DNA from: the human T2T-CHM13v2.0 reference genome, Homo sapiens
Length of the DNA: 64,000 nucleotides
Direction: 5' to 3' (one strand)
Assembly: GCF_009914755.1 (NCBI RefSeq)
Contig: NC_060935.1
In this document: positions 15,541 through 31,443 of the stretch, piece by piece
Layout: the number at the start of each line of letters is the position of its first letter
How positions within the stretch are numbered: position 1 is the first letter of the stretch
The notes under the pieces: model-generated
Told to the model about the DNA's origin: nothing
What the model saw: the letters and a program-made list of their open reading frames with translations, nothing else
Databases searched by the model: none
Program-made: the position numbers and the translations under genes

Positions 15541-16164
15541 TTGGTCTACTTCTCAGCTTGTATCATGGTTGATTGTTGTTTTCTAATAATGCTATATAGG
15601 TATTTGCTGATCAAGTCTATCTATAAATATGCTGGTTGACTCTATATAGGTGTTTGCTGATCTTATGTATCTTTCTTGATGCCTCAAATAATTAACTAAC
15701 AAACCCCTTAAAGTAATGGACAAGTACTTATATCTTGTAATTCTCTGTAACACTGGATAAGAACTCATATCTGGTAATTCTCTGTAACACTCAAAGTATA
15801 TAATAACAATGTTATGGTCCGAGCTTCTTTGAGATGTAGGTCCTGAGTACAGATATATTCAGTAAATTTTGACTGACTCACTTCTGGCCTTCTTTAGAAG
15901 TGATATAAAAATGAAAAAGAATTTTCCCTTAAATTCTTTAGATTTTTCAAAACAGTTTTTCTTTTCTAGCTAGGTACAAATAATTTCATTTAAAGAGGAA
16001 GGAGATAATCTGCTCTTTTTTGGGTTTTACTATACCACCCCAGAATAAAAATGTGATACTACAGACTTCTAAATAATTTTTGTGTTCTCATTTGTAAAAT
16101 GGGGATAATAATAGTACACGTATCATAGAATTGTTAGGAGATTTAAATAAGCCAATACATATTA

Positions 16165-17960
16165 GCCCTAGGAGCTATTCTTGATTCCGTTCTTTTCCTT
16201 AACCCTGCCATTTTCATTCATCAACAAATCCTATTCTCTCTACTTTTCAAAATAATCTGACTTTGATCACTTTTCTTTATTTCTACTACTAACACTCCGG
16301 TGCAGGCAGCCTCTATCATTTTCTGCTTGGTCTGATGCAATAGTTTAAGTGGTCTCACTGCTTCCCCTCTTGCCTCTTATCATGTAGCAGCTAGAGTGAT
16401 CTTTTAAAATATACATCAAATTTTGTTTTTCTTCCTACTTAAAATATTCCTGTGGCTTTCTATTATACTTAGTATAAAAATCTAAATTCCACATTTGATG
16501 TAGCCTCTGCTTACTTTTCCAACTCCTCTTTGCCCTATGTGCTTTTTGCTACACTGCTTTCTTTTCTGTTTTTAAATTTATCAAGCTACTTCTGACATTA
16601 GTTCCTTTCCTTCATACTATTCTCTCTGTCTGGAATGATTTGTCACTAAATCATCTACAGTTTTCTAGTTATACTGGCAAAACCTTGACATCTCTTTCCT
16701 GCCTCTCTTTTTCTCCATTCTTCATATCAATATACAAGCAAATCCTGTTGGCTTTACCTTTGCAGTGTATTCAGAATCTGTTCACTTTTTACTTCTTCCA
16801 CCACAAATACCTTGTTCACCATCATCCCTGCCTGGTTTGTTACAGGAGCTTCTTAATTTGTCTCCCTGTTTCTACCTTCATTGCCCTACTGTACTTTTTA
16901 CCTAATAGGTAGAGTAATGATTTTTTAAAAAATGGACTTTATTTTTTAAAACAGTTTTAGATTTACAGAAAAATTGAGAAGATAGTACAGAGTTCTCATA
17001 TACTCTGCACCCAGTTTTCTCATTCTCTTTGTTTTGTTTTTTACCAACTTCCTGATAAGTCTCCTTTATTCTGAACATTTTACATTGGTGTGATACATTG
17101 TTATAGCTAATAAAGACTATTAATGCATTAATGTTAATTAGATCCATGGTTTATTCATATTTCCTTGGTTTTTACCTATTGTCTTTTTCTGTTCCAGGAT
17201 ACCATATTATATTTAGTTGTTATTTCTCTTTAGGCTCCTACTGATTCCTCTTTACTGTGAAAGTTTCTCAGACTTTCCTTTTTTTTGATGACCTTGACAA
17301 TTTTGAGGAGTACTGGTCAAGTATCTTGTAGATACCCCAACTGTTAGAATTTGTCTGATGTTCTTCTCATGATTAGACTATGATTATGGGTTTTTGGACA
17401 GAAGACCTCAGAGAGAAAGTACCTTTTTCATCACATCATATAAAGGGTATATACTGTCAACATGCTCTTACATGGTTTAGTCCTTCATTACTTCTCTGCA
17501 GTTGTCTACTACTACTTTGTACCCTATACATTTCTATCCCGTTCACTAGATCTTTGAAGTTTCTTGAACATACCAAGCTTGCTTCTGCTTTAGGGCCTTT
17601 GTATTTACTGCTCCCTGTGCTGATGGATGGTCTTCTGGGTAGCACCATGGTTCATATCCCTACTTCCTTCTGGTTTCTGTTCATATGTCACCTTACTGAG
17701 AGGTCTTTATTGAATACATTACTTAAAAAATCATACAGTGCTCCCATCATTCTTTATTCTCCTACCATACAAAGTCTCTTCCATTTGTCTCTGCGTGACA
17801 TATACTTACATTTCTGTTTATTTCTCTCCCACTACTAAAATGTAAGCTACTTGAAGGTATCAGCTTTGTTTCTTTTGTTCATTCTTCTATTCTCCAGCGT
17901 CTAGAACCATGCCTGGCACATAGTAGGTGCTCAATAAATATTTATAAACGAATGAATGTT
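16165..17960. mobile_element. L2 fragments interrupted by an antisense L1MB/MC 3' end (about 16921-17463)
   Basis: L2 3' end CCTGGCACATAGTAGGTGCTCAATAAATATTT..GAATGAATG; L1 3' end TTTTAGATTTACAGAAAAATTGAGAAGATAGTACAGAG. Confidence 0.6.
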
Positions 17961-18272
17961 TAAATTACTTTCTAGAAAGAGTGTGCCAATTTATACTCCC
18001 TAAGTAGTATGCTGAAATGTCTACTTTCCTGTATCTTATACAGCGTTGATGTTATCTTTTAAAATATTTGATTTGTAAAATTGTTGCTTATAAATGCATT
18101 TTGATGATTACTAGTAAAGGAAAATTTTAATATATTTTTAGTTGTATATTCTCTGTTGAATTGCTTCTTCGTTTTTCATAAGCTATTTTTAAATTATATA
18201 TAACTAACTGTGAGTCTAGATACATTAGTAGTTTAGTAGGTACATAAAAATAACTTATTTTTTATTCCTTAG

Positions 18273-18549
18273 GTTATTATAGTCACCACATCACCAAGCT
18301 CAACCTTCGTGCCCAACATTCTCTCCAAATCCCATAACTATGCAGCAGTCACTAAGCTTGTACCAACGTCAGTCATTGCTTCTACAACCCAGAAGCCACC
18401 AGTTGTTATAACTGCTTCACAGTCCTCTCTGGTCAGTAATAGCAGCAGTGGCAGCAGCAGTTCTACACCATCACCTATTCCTAATACAGTTGCAGTAACA
18501 GCTGTGGTGTCCTCTACACCATCTGTGGTCATGTCAACAGTAGCACAAG
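18273..18549 (+). CDS. EMSY: EMSY exon VIIVTTSPSSTFVPNIL...STVAQ (Ser/Thr/Val-rich)
   Basis: TTCCTTAG| acceptor and CAAG|GTGAGT donor; 277 nt, phase 0-1. Confidence 0.96.
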
Positions 18550-18950
18550 GTGAGTGCTGTTTCACAATTTAATTCTGTCACAGTTGCTGTATGGAATTTT
18601 GAAGAAAACTTGGTGGGTATGTTTCTCTGCTTTGGATATGAAGGTCCCTACTATTAGACCCAAGATCACCACCCCATGTACCCCAGTTTGAGAATGTCAA
18701 GATGGTCGGTGATTCCATTTTCTTATATTAATATGCTTGCCCCAAGTTGTTTTGCACAATACCTAATTACCTGGGCTGCTAACATTCACAAAATGTAGGT
18801 TAAATCTCGTCACTATAAATTTCAAAGGGCTGTACAAATATCTTTAATATAATGAAATTTTTAAATGAGAAATTTGAAATTATATTACCATAGGTTCTTC
18901 AGAGGAAACATCAAGTACACATCCTCTTCAAAGTAAATGATAAGAGGTAG

Positions 18951-19316
<366 letters not shown>

Positions 19317-19416
19317 TAGTCTCCTAAATTTTTCTGTATGGATAGATGATGGAAATATTAACTGAAGAGCAACTGAGACCTGAACTCAAGGGCAATTGCT
19401 GCTTAATAGCAGAGTA

Positions 19417-19841
19417 GGCCGGGCACAGTGGCTCACGCCTGTAATCCCAGCACTTTGGGAAGCGGAGGCAGGTGGATCACTTGAGGTCAGGAGTTCAAGA
19501 CCAGCCTGGCCTGTAACATGGTGAAACCCTGTCTCTACTAAAAAAATACAAAAATTAGCCGGGCATGGTAATGCACACCTGTAATCCCGGCTACTCGGGA
19601 GGCTGAGGCAGGAGAATCGTTTGGATCACTTGAGGTCAGGAGTTCAAGACCAGCCTGGTGAACATGGCTGTACTAAAAAAATACAAAAATTAGCCGGGCA
19701 TGGTAGTGCACACCTGTAATCCCAGCTACTCAGGAGGCTGAGGCAGGAGAATTGTTTGAACCCGGGAGGTGGAGATTGTAGTGAGCTGAGATCCAGTCCT
19801 GGTGACAGACCAAGACCCTGTCTCAAAAAAAAAAAAAAAAA
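19417..19841 (+). mobile_element. Alu with an internal ~150-bp tandem duplication
   Basis: The TGGATCACTTGAGG...GGAGAAT block occurs at both 19473 and 19622. Confidence 0.9.
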
Positions 19842-20470
19842 GCAAAGGAAAGGAAATATGGAAATCTGAGTTCCATTTTAGCTTAGTTTCTTAATACCTT
19901 TGTGTTCCTCCCATATGAAAGACAAGACAAATAGCATATCATCAGAAATGTCCTTTTTTTAGTGTTCGTAGGTCTTAAGAGAGTGATTAGAGGGAAGCAT
20001 ATATTATATAGAATTCATACCCATATTTATAGTCTGTCAAAGGGAGCTTGGAAACAATATAGAAGGGTACTTGGTATTAGTTTTCATTGAGTTTTATGTG
20101 AATAATATATAACTTAAGACAGATTGGGGCTTGGAAATATTCTAGTTTATGAACTAGGAGTGAATGCAAGCACTCAAGTAGGAAAACAGTGTCTTGATTG
20201 CTTTAATGATGTATTATGTATTTTATGTAACTGTTAGCAAGGAAGGGATTACATAGATATGGATGCAGTCAGTATTTCTTCACTCTGCAGCTGTTATAGT
20301 AGGATATGGGAGCATCTGTCATTATTTTCTAGTTCTGATACCCATTTAATGTCTCAATCAATGACAAGAAGTAGCAGTCTTCAAATTTCCTTTTATGTTA
20401 CCTTAAGTAATTAAAAAAAATTCCAACATTTCTATTTATACAGCAGTGAATGAGAATATAGTCCTGTTAA

Positions 20471-20773
<303 letters not shown>

Positions 20774-21649
20774 TAAATATAAAAATAATTTTTATACAGA
20801 AAATTTGTTTAAAATGTTGGTTACAAACATGTTCCGAATTCACCATTTTATAATTTGAAGGTTGAGAGAAGGAAAGGCCACCTGACTCCTCACTCGACTG
20901 ATCCGTGTATCAACACTAATATAAATTATCATCTGTTGATAGTTGTTTTTCTCTGCCAATACTCATCAAACAGTTTGCTGGTTTTACTGTATTAGAAAGA
21001 TTACTGTTTTTCTAAGGTAGATGGTACTATTTGAGATGAGAGATATTTCTCTTGGTTACTAATAAAATATCTTGAAGCAAAATGAATATTCCAAGCTTCT
21101 AATTTTCATTCTTAATTTTCTCCAGGTAGCCACTGAATCTCTTAGGAACTTAGGACTTTCTTCATTTTCTCCTTTGCTTCTTAGCATTCTACATCTCTTT
21201 GAGCCTTAAGTAATTATAGGGGAGCTGGATGTGACATCTCAGAGATTTCTCTTAAAGTCACTGGAAGTTAATAGAGAATGAAGGATGTAAAAGTAAACTC
21301 TGAGTATAGATACTCAAGGAAACGATGTGATTATTTTGTTTCTGTTCGAGATATTTAATTTAGATGTTATTAGTACTAAGAAATCAAGGAATTTTATTTT
21401 TTTTAAACAAGGTAAATATTGATGGAAATGGTAACACAGACTGCGTTTGTGATTGTGCCTGCAGGACTTCTGTAGCAGCTCCTGTGTGGGTACATCAGGC
21501 AAGAGGGCATTCAGTGTCTCCTACTATGGACTAGAGACATATTGTTTTAGGGCTGATGTATCTCTGGTTGTGCCTGTAGGGATAGCTGGTTGTAGAGGGG
21601 AAAGGGTCTTAGCAGTAACTTGGTAAATGACTCCATGTTTGTAAGTGTA

Positions 21650-23285
21650 GTGATGGTCCACACTGCATTAATTGATGTAGTTATGTCTCTTTTAACTTAG
21701 CAGTCTTCTCTCTCTTTTGTCCTTGCAACTTACTTGTTGAAGAAATAACTAATTTTTCTGAGAGTTTCCCATAGTCTGGATTTTACTGATTTCATCTGTG
21801 TATTGTAGTTTAACAAGGTCTCCTGTTCAATGCATTTCCATAAAACTGGTAGCCAAATCTAGGAGCTTGATTAGATTCAAGTCTGATTGTTTTTGGAAAT
21901 AGGAAGAATGAACATTTTATAAGTGGTGGTGTATGCTTCTTGTTGCATCGTTTTAAGAGACACATAATGTCTGTTTTTTCCCTTTAGTGATGTTAACATT
22001 GACTAGAGGATACAAGTGTTACCAAATGGTTTTAATAGCTATTGATAATCTTTGCCTAGATCTATTATTTTATTGGTTGTTGCAAAATGCATTTTATCTT
22101 TATTTTCATTTATTAGCTAGAATTCTTAAAGAAGTACTTTCCTTTATTATTATTGCTTACCCTGAGGTACAATTCATATGGGAAAAGCAGGATACATGCA
22201 TGATTATTTCTCTTTATTTGTATGTTTTCAGATGAATTGGTTCATTGGCCAATAAGATTTTCACTCCCCATATTACTAAGATTTTTGATGTCTATCAATA
22301 TATTGCAGATCTTCCTTCTGGTGCTCACATTGTTCCATCCTTGCCAGTGGGAGCCTCTTAGTTGGTTTCTAAATTCTTTTGACACAACTACATTAGTCTT
22401 TAATAGTGTCCTTGTTTTGTGGTATGTTGAGATGTTCCAGGTTCATCTTGTACATTTTCTCCCCTAGACTTGAAATTAGACATTTCTTCAGGGAGTCCTG
22501 GTTTCTTAGTGAAAAATGGTGTTTAGATACCACAATCTGGGCATTGTGGGGGTGGTCATTACTACTGTATTGGTCATTGTTTCTGCATTTTATTGGTGGA
22601 TAGAGCTACAGTTCTTTTCTGTTTAAGAGGAAATATATCGTCGTTTCATACTGATATTACCAATTCCAATTTATAATTATGGGTTTTAACTTTTTCTATT
22701 TGTATGTTTGTATTTTTTTCTGTCCTGATGATTCAGGAAGGATCTTTAGGAATCAGAAAATCCTGATTCCTAATGATTAATAAAATTATACCTTTAATGT
22801 ATTGTATAATACATAATAGTTTCAGAATAACAGAACCAATATGATTATTGAACATAAATTTTTATTGTAGTTATTTAGTTTTTAAGGGTATTCTAAGGAT
22901 ATACAATCAAATTACTGTATTTAAAAGTCACGTGAAATTCTTTTCTCTGTAGTCAAGCATTATAGGTTAATTTATTTCTGTTTTTTTTTTTGTTTTTGTT
23001 TTTTGTTTTTTTTGGATTGTCATTTTGAAAATTTTTGCTAAATTTTATTTATAATTATATAACATATTTATGTAGTTCCAAAATCAAATCCACAAAATCA
23101 GGTATGTTCTGAGAAGTCTGTTTATCTATGACTCCAACAGTCTGTTCTGTCCTCCCTGATAGGTAATCTTTTTAATTTTTATTTCTCCTTTCATTTTTTA
23201 GCATATAAGCAAATATGTATTTATTATATTTTACTTTTTTCTTAGATAAATGTAATATGTTATACAAACTGTTGTGCACTTTAAT
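21650..23285 (-). mobile_element. Old L1ME-like 3' fragments
   Basis: ATGTTCCAGGTTCATCTTGTACATTTTC...CATTTCTTCAGGGAGTCCTGGTTTC, typical of an antisense L1MC/ME 3' UTR. Confidence 0.55.
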
Positions 23286-23946
23286 GTTTGGAAGGAGTAA
23301 TTTTTAATTTGGTGGTTATAAGTCTGGTGCTGGTAATACAGAAAGAGGTAATAGCTGAAATGTGGTTTGTGTGTATAGAAGGAAATAGTTTATCTTAGAT
23401 GACTGCTTCTTCATAGTTGATTCATCTTCCTTTTTCCTCCAGATTTTGTACTTAACAGACTAGAAGCTGTAATTAGCTTTTATTGTTATCTCTCAAATCC
23501 ATTCTCAAATGGGCTATTATTTCTTAGATTGATTCCACTTTTTATTCTGCCTGTTTCTTAGATTAATTGTTGCTACTGTTTTTTTTCTTTTACTTTGGTG
23601 AGAAAAATTTGCTCTCATCTTGTTCTTTTTATGTTATTTTATGGATTTCATGAATTATTTACCCAATGTTGTGACACTCTTCTGCTGACCTTTTATTTTC
23701 CCTCCTTGACCCATCTTCAACCTAACAAGTTACTTCCAATTACGTTGTTTCCACAAATACTCCTGCTGTCTGCACTTTATATACTTTCTTTAGGCTGGCC
23801 CTGAATGCAGTTTCTGTTTTCCATTCCCATTTCACAAAATACCTTCCCTGTGAAATCCCCCCTTATCAGTTCAACATGGTTCCCATTTAGTATCTAAAAG
23901 CATTTAAAAGTTATTTAAAACCTAACAATATTAGTAGGTCAGATAG

Positions 23947-24350
<404 letters not shown>

Positions 24351-26735
24351 GTGAATAATATTTTTTACATATTTGGAATAAAAAGTTCATATTCTATTTG
24401 GTAGCATGCTTTCTTCATATATCGTTGCTTCGTTAACATTTTTCTATAAATATCCTAATTATTTTCAGAGCTGTTTAATATTTTTATTATTGTTGCATAA
24501 TTTATTAAATTTATTATAATATATAATGTATAATAATTTATTAAATTATTCCCTTATTGTTGGGTATCCAGTGTGTTTCCAGGGTTTGATATTCTAGATT
24601 TAACTATAGTGAACATCTTTGTGAATTTAATTGAGCCTTCCATTTTCTTAGAACCAGCACTCAGGAGCAGGATTACCAAATAGAAGAATTGGAATTTTTT
24701 TGTAGAGTTTACTAAATACCGTATTTTGTCCCCATGAACTATATACCCTTTCAGAATATTTCATTAGTATCTGGCCACTATTAAGTCCTTATTCTTCTTG
24801 TTTTAAAAAAAAAATGGGGCAGAGGGAATAATTTTGGCGATTAAAGAAAAATTGAGTAGCATACTGCTTAACCAGTACAGTTTGATCATCCCTAATCCGA
24901 AAATCTGAAATCTGAAATGCTCTAAAATCTGAAGCTTTCTGAGTGCCAGCTGATGCCACAAGTGGACAATTCCACACCTGACTTCATGTGGTAAATTGCA
25001 ATTAAAACACAGGTGCACACCACACAGTTTATTCAGCGTTCCCAAGGGAAAAAAGACTCCTTCTGCCTTCTGTAGCAGTGATATATCTTTTCCTTGTACA
25101 CCCAGATTCCCCTCACACAAGCACTTCCACAGAGGGTAATAAAATGGCATGTATGCAGGCTGGATGCGCCAATAACAGGTTCCCCGCAATGCCCCACATG
25201 GGGCCAAGACCTATGTGCATCACTTACTGTGTTTTTTTGCTTATTTTCTGTTCTGTGGTGTAAAGATGTTGAAAATGTCCAAAAGGCCTGCAGATACCCC
25301 TGAGGGGTAATAGTGACAAGGACACAAAGAAGCACTTATGTTTATCTATAGCACAGAAAGACAAGCTGTTGGAGAAACTGGACAGTGGTGTTAAGTGTGC
25401 AGTGTGTTGCAGAAGAGTATGGTGTTGGAATGACTACCGTATATGACCTGAAGAAACAAAAGGATAAGCTATTGAAATTCTGTGCTGAAATCGTGAACAG
25501 AAGTTAATGAAAAATAGAAATACACTGCACAAAGCTAAAAATGAAGATTTCGATCACGTATTGAAAAAGTGGATCCATCAGCATTGGAGTGAACTCATGT
25601 CACTTAATGGTAATACTGGTCATGAAACAAGCAAAGATCTATCATGATGAACTAAAAATTGAAGGAAGCTGTGAATATTCAACAGGCCATTTGCAGAAAT
25701 TTAAGAGGAGACACGACATTACAGTTTTAAAAATTTGTGGTGATAAAGCATTTGTTGATGATGAAGCAGCAAGAAGTTCATTGACAAGTTTGTCAAAGTC
25801 ACCGCTGGTAACTATCTTATGCCAGAACAAGTCAGTAATGCTGATGAAACATCACTGTTTTGGTGTTAATGCCCCAGAAAGACACTGGCTATAGCAGATG
25901 AGACAGCTAATACAGGAATTAAGGATGCCAAGGACAGAATAACTGGGATGGGATGTGGTAATGTAGGAGGCACTCATAAGTGCTGTGATGGGCAAAAGCT
26001 TGCATTCTTGCTGTTTTTAAGGAGTGAATTTCTTACCAGTCTGTTATTATGGTAACAAAAAAGCATGTATTACTAGGGATATCTTTTCTGATTGGTTTCC
26101 AAACATCTTGTACCAGCAGCTTGTGCTCACTGCAGGGCAGCTGGACTGTGCAACGATGGCAAGATTTTATTTCTTGATGACTGTTCTCATCTTCCAGTTG
26201 AAATTCTCCTCAAAAATAATGTTTATGCCATGTACTTTCCCCCAGTGTGACTTTATTAATTCAGCCATGCGGCCAAGGTATCCTTAGACCAGTGAAGAGT
26301 TAGTATAAAAATGCTTTCTTGGGGGAGTTGCTGGCAAGGTAGCCGAATAGGAACAGCTCTGGTCTGCAGCTCCCAGCGAGATCAACACAGAAGGCAGGTG
26401 ATTTCTGCATTTCCAACTGAGGTACCTGGCTTATCTCACTGGGACTGGTTAGACAGTGGGTGTAGCCCATGGAGGGTGAGCCAAAGCAGGGTGGGGTGTT
26501 GCCTCACCCAGGAAGCACAAGGGGTTGGGAAACTCCCTCCCCTAGCCAAGGGAAGCCATGAGGGACCCTGCTGTGAGGGACAGTGCATTCAGGCCCAGAT
26601 ACTATGCTTTTCCCATGGTCTTTGCAACCCACAGACCAGGAGATTCCTTCGGGTGCCTATGCCACCAGGGCCCTAGGTTTGAAGCACAAAACTGGGTGGC
26701 CGTTTGGGCAGACACCGAGCTAGCTGCAGGAGGTC

Positions 26736-27052
<317 letters not shown>

Positions 27053-30000
27053 AGGAGTTTTTGTTTTTCATACCCTAGTGGCACCTGGAACACCAGCGAG
27101 ACAGAACCATTCACTCCCCTGGAAAGGGAGCTGAAGCCAGGGAGCCAGGTGGTCTAGCTCAGCAAATCCCAACCCCATGGACGCCAGCAAGCTAAGATCA
27201 ACTGGCTTGAAATTCTCGCTGCCAGCACAGCAGTCTGAAGTTAACCTGGGATGCTCAAGCTTGGTGGGGGGAGGGGTATCCACCATTACTTAGGCTTGAG
27301 TAGGTGGTTTTTCCCCTCAGAGTATAAAGAAAGCCACCAGGAAGTTCGAACTGGGCGGAGCCCACTGCAGCTCATCAAAGCTGCTGTAGCCAGACTGCCT
27401 CTCTAGATTCCTCCTCTCTGGGCAGGGCATCTCTGAAAGAAAGGCAGCAGCCCCAGTCAGGGGCTTATAGGTAAAACACCCATCTCCCTGGGACAGAGCA
27501 CCTGGGGGAAGGGGCGGCTGTGGGCACAGCTTCAGCAGAGTTAAACGTTCCTGCCTGCCAGCTCTGAAGAGAGCAGCAGATCTCCCAGCACAACATTTGA
27601 GCTCTGCTAAGGGACAGACTGCCTCCTCAAGTGGGTTCCTGACCTCCATGCCTCCTGACTGGGAGACACCTCCCAGTAGGGGTTGATAGACACCTCATAC
27701 AGGAGAGCTCTGGCTGGCATCTGGCAGGTGCCCCTCTGGGACAAAGCCTCCAGGGGAAGGAACAGGCAGCAATCTTTGCTGTTCTGCAGCCTCCACTGGT
27801 GATACCCAGGCAAACAGGGTCTGGAGTGGACCTCCAGCAAACTCCAGCAGACCTGCAGCAGAGGGGCCTGAGTGTTAGAAGGAAAACTAACAAGCAGAAA
27901 GGAATAGCATCAACATCAGCAAAAAGGATGTCCACACAGAAACCCCATCTAAAAGTCACCAACATCAAAGACCAAAGGTAGATAAATCCATGAAGATGAG
28001 GAAAAACCAGCGCAGAAAGGCTGAAAATTCCAAAAACCAGAATGCCTCTTCTCCTCCAAAGGATCATAACTCCTTGCCAGCAAGGGAACAAAACTGGACA
28101 GAGAATGAGTTTGATGAATTGACAGAAGTAGGCTTCAGAAGGTGGATATTAACAAACCTCCCCGAGCTAAGGGAACATGTTCTAACCAATGCAAGGAAGC
28201 TAAGACCCTTGAAAAGAGGTTAGGGGAATTGCTAATTAGAATAATTAGTTTAGAGAAAAACATAAATGACTTGATGGAGCTGAAAAACACAGCACAAGAA
28301 CTTTGTGAAGCATACACAAGTATCAATAGCTGAATCAACTAAGCAGGAGAAAGGATATCAGAGATTGAAGATCAACGTAATGAAATGAAGTGTGAAGACA
28401 AGATTAGAGAAAAAAAGGATGAAAAGGAATGAACAAAGCCTCCAAGAAATATGGGACTATGTGAAAAGACCAAACCTGCGTTTGATTGGTTTACCTGAAA
28501 GTGACAGGGAGAATGGAATCAAGTTGGGAAACACTCTTCAGCATATTATCCAGGAGAACTTCCCCAACCTAGCAAGACAGGCCAACATTCAAATTCAGGA
28601 AATACAAAGAACACCACAAAGATACTCCTCGAGAAGAGCAACCCCAAGACACATAATCGTCAGATTCACCAAGGTTGGAATGAAGGAAAAAATGTTAAGG
28701 GCAGCCAGAGAGAAAGGTAGGGTTACCCACAAAGGGAAGCCCATCAGACTAACAGCGGATCTCTCTGCAGAAACCCTACAAGCCAGAAGAGAGTGGTGGC
28801 CAAAATTGAACATTCTTAAAGAAAAGAATTTTCAACCCAGAATTTCATATCCAGCTAAACTAAGCTTCATAAGTGAAGGAGAAATAAAATCCTTCACAGA
28901 CAAGCAAATGCTGAGAGATTTTTGTCACCACCAGGCCTGCCTTACAAGAACTCCTGAAGGAAGCACTAAACATGGAAAGGAAAAACCAGTACCAGCCACT
29001 GCAAAAACATACCAAATTGTAAAGACCATTGACACTATGAAGAAACTGTATCAACTAATGGACAAAATAACCAGCTGGCATCATAATGACAGGATCAGAT
29101 TCACACATAACAATATTAACCTTAAATGTAAACAGGCTAAATGCCCCAATTAAAAAACACAGACTAGTAAATTGGATAGAGAGTCAAGACCCATCGGTGT
29201 GCTGTATTCAGGAGACCCATCTCATGTGAAAGACACACATAGGCTCAAAATAAAGGGATGGAGGAATATTTACCAAGCAAATGGAAAGCAAAAAAAAGCA
29301 AGGATTGCAATCCTAGTATCTGATAAAACAGACTTTAAACCAACAAAGATCAAAGAAGACAAGGGCATTACATAATGGTAAAGAGATCAATGCAACAAGA
29401 AGAGCTAACTATCCTAAATATATATGCACCCAATACAGGAGCACCCAGATTAATAAAGCAAGTTCTTAGAGACCTACAAAGAGACTTAGACTCCCACACA
29501 ATAATAGTGGGAGACTTTAACACCCCACTGTCAATATTAGAAAGATCAACGAGACAGAAAATTAACAAGGATATTCAGGACTTGAACTCAGCCTTGGACC
29601 AAGTGGACCTAATAGACATCTACAGAACTCTCCACCCCAAATCAACAGAATATACATTCTTCTCAGCACCACATCACACTTATTCTAAAACTGACCACAT
29701 AATTGGAAGTAAAACACTTCTCAGCAAATGCAAAAGAACAGAAATCATAACAAACAGTCTCTCAGACCACGGGGCAATCAAATTATAACTCAGGATTAAG
29801 AAACTCACTCAAACCTGCACAACTACATGGAAACTGAACAACCTGCTCCTGAATGACTACTGGGTAAATAACGAAATTAAGGCAGAAATAAATAACTTCT
29901 TTGAAACCAATGAGAACAAAGACACAATGTACCAGAATCTCTGGGACACAGGTTAAAGCAGTGTTTAGAGGGAAATTTATAGCACTAAATGTCCACAGGA

Positions 30001-30362
30001 GAAAGCAGGAAAGATCTAAAATTGACACCCTAACATCACAATTAAAAGAACTAGAGAAGCAAGAGCAAACACATTCAAAAGCTAGCAGAAGTCAAGAAAT
30101 AACTAAGATCAGAGCAGAACTGAAGGAGATAGAGATACGAAAAACCCTTCAAAAAATCAGTGAATCCAGGAGCTGGTTTTTTGAAAAGATTAACAAGATA
30201 GAAAGACTGCTAGCCAGTCTAATAAAGAAGAAAAGAGAGAAGAATCAAATAGACACAATAAAAAATGATAAAGAGAATATTACCACTGATCCCACAGAAA
30301 TACGAACTACTATCAGAGAATACTATAAACACCTCTACGCAAATAAACTAGAAAATCTAGAA

Positions 30363-30654
30363 GGCCAGGCGCAGTGGCTCATGCCTGTAACCTGCACTTT
30401 GGGAGGCCAAGGCAGGCAGATCCCCTGAGGTCGGGAGTTCGAGACCAGCCTGACCAACATGGAGAAACCCCATCTCTACTAAAAATACAAAAAATTAGCC
30501 AGGCATGGTGGCACATGCCTGTAATCCCTGCTACTCGGGAGGCTGAGGCAGGAGAATTGCTTGAACCTGGGAGGTGGAGGTAGTGGAGATTGCGCCATTG
30601 CACACCCAGCCTGGGTAACAAGAGCAAAACTCCATCTCAAAAAAAAAAAAAAAC
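30363..30654 (+). mobile_element. Alu (Sp-like) in L1 ORF2
   Basis: TSD AAAA(T/C)CTAGAAG; GGTCGGGAG and ATGGAGAAAC diagnostics. Confidence 0.9.
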
Positions 30655-31026
30655 CTAGAAGAAATGGATAAATTCCTGGACACATACACCCTCCCAGGAC
30701 TAAACCAGGAAGAAGTCAAATCCCTGAATAGATCAATAACAAGTTGTGAAATTGAGGCAGTAATTAATAGTCTACCAACAAAAAAAGCCCGGGACCAGAT
30801 GGATTCACAGCTGAATTCTACCAGAGGTACAAAGAGGAGCTGCTACCATTCCTTATGAAACTATTCCAAGCAATAGAAAAAGAGAGACTCCTTCCTAACT
30901 CATTTTATGAGGCCAGCATCATTCTGATACCAAAACCCAGCAGAGACACAACAACAAGAAAATTTCAGGCCAATATCCCTGATGAACATCAATGAAAAAA
31001 TCCTCAATAAAATCCTGGGAAACTGA

Positions 31027-31443
<417 letters not shown>

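Noticed and set aside
21400-21540. Possible cryptic exon (TTTTAAACAAG| or CCTGCAG| ... CAG|GCAAG) in a unique, more GC-rich patch
   Set aside because: The first acceptor hits a stop after three codons in the EMSY phase, the second lacks a good pyrimidine tract, and the donor is non-canonical; not supportable without RNA or conservation data
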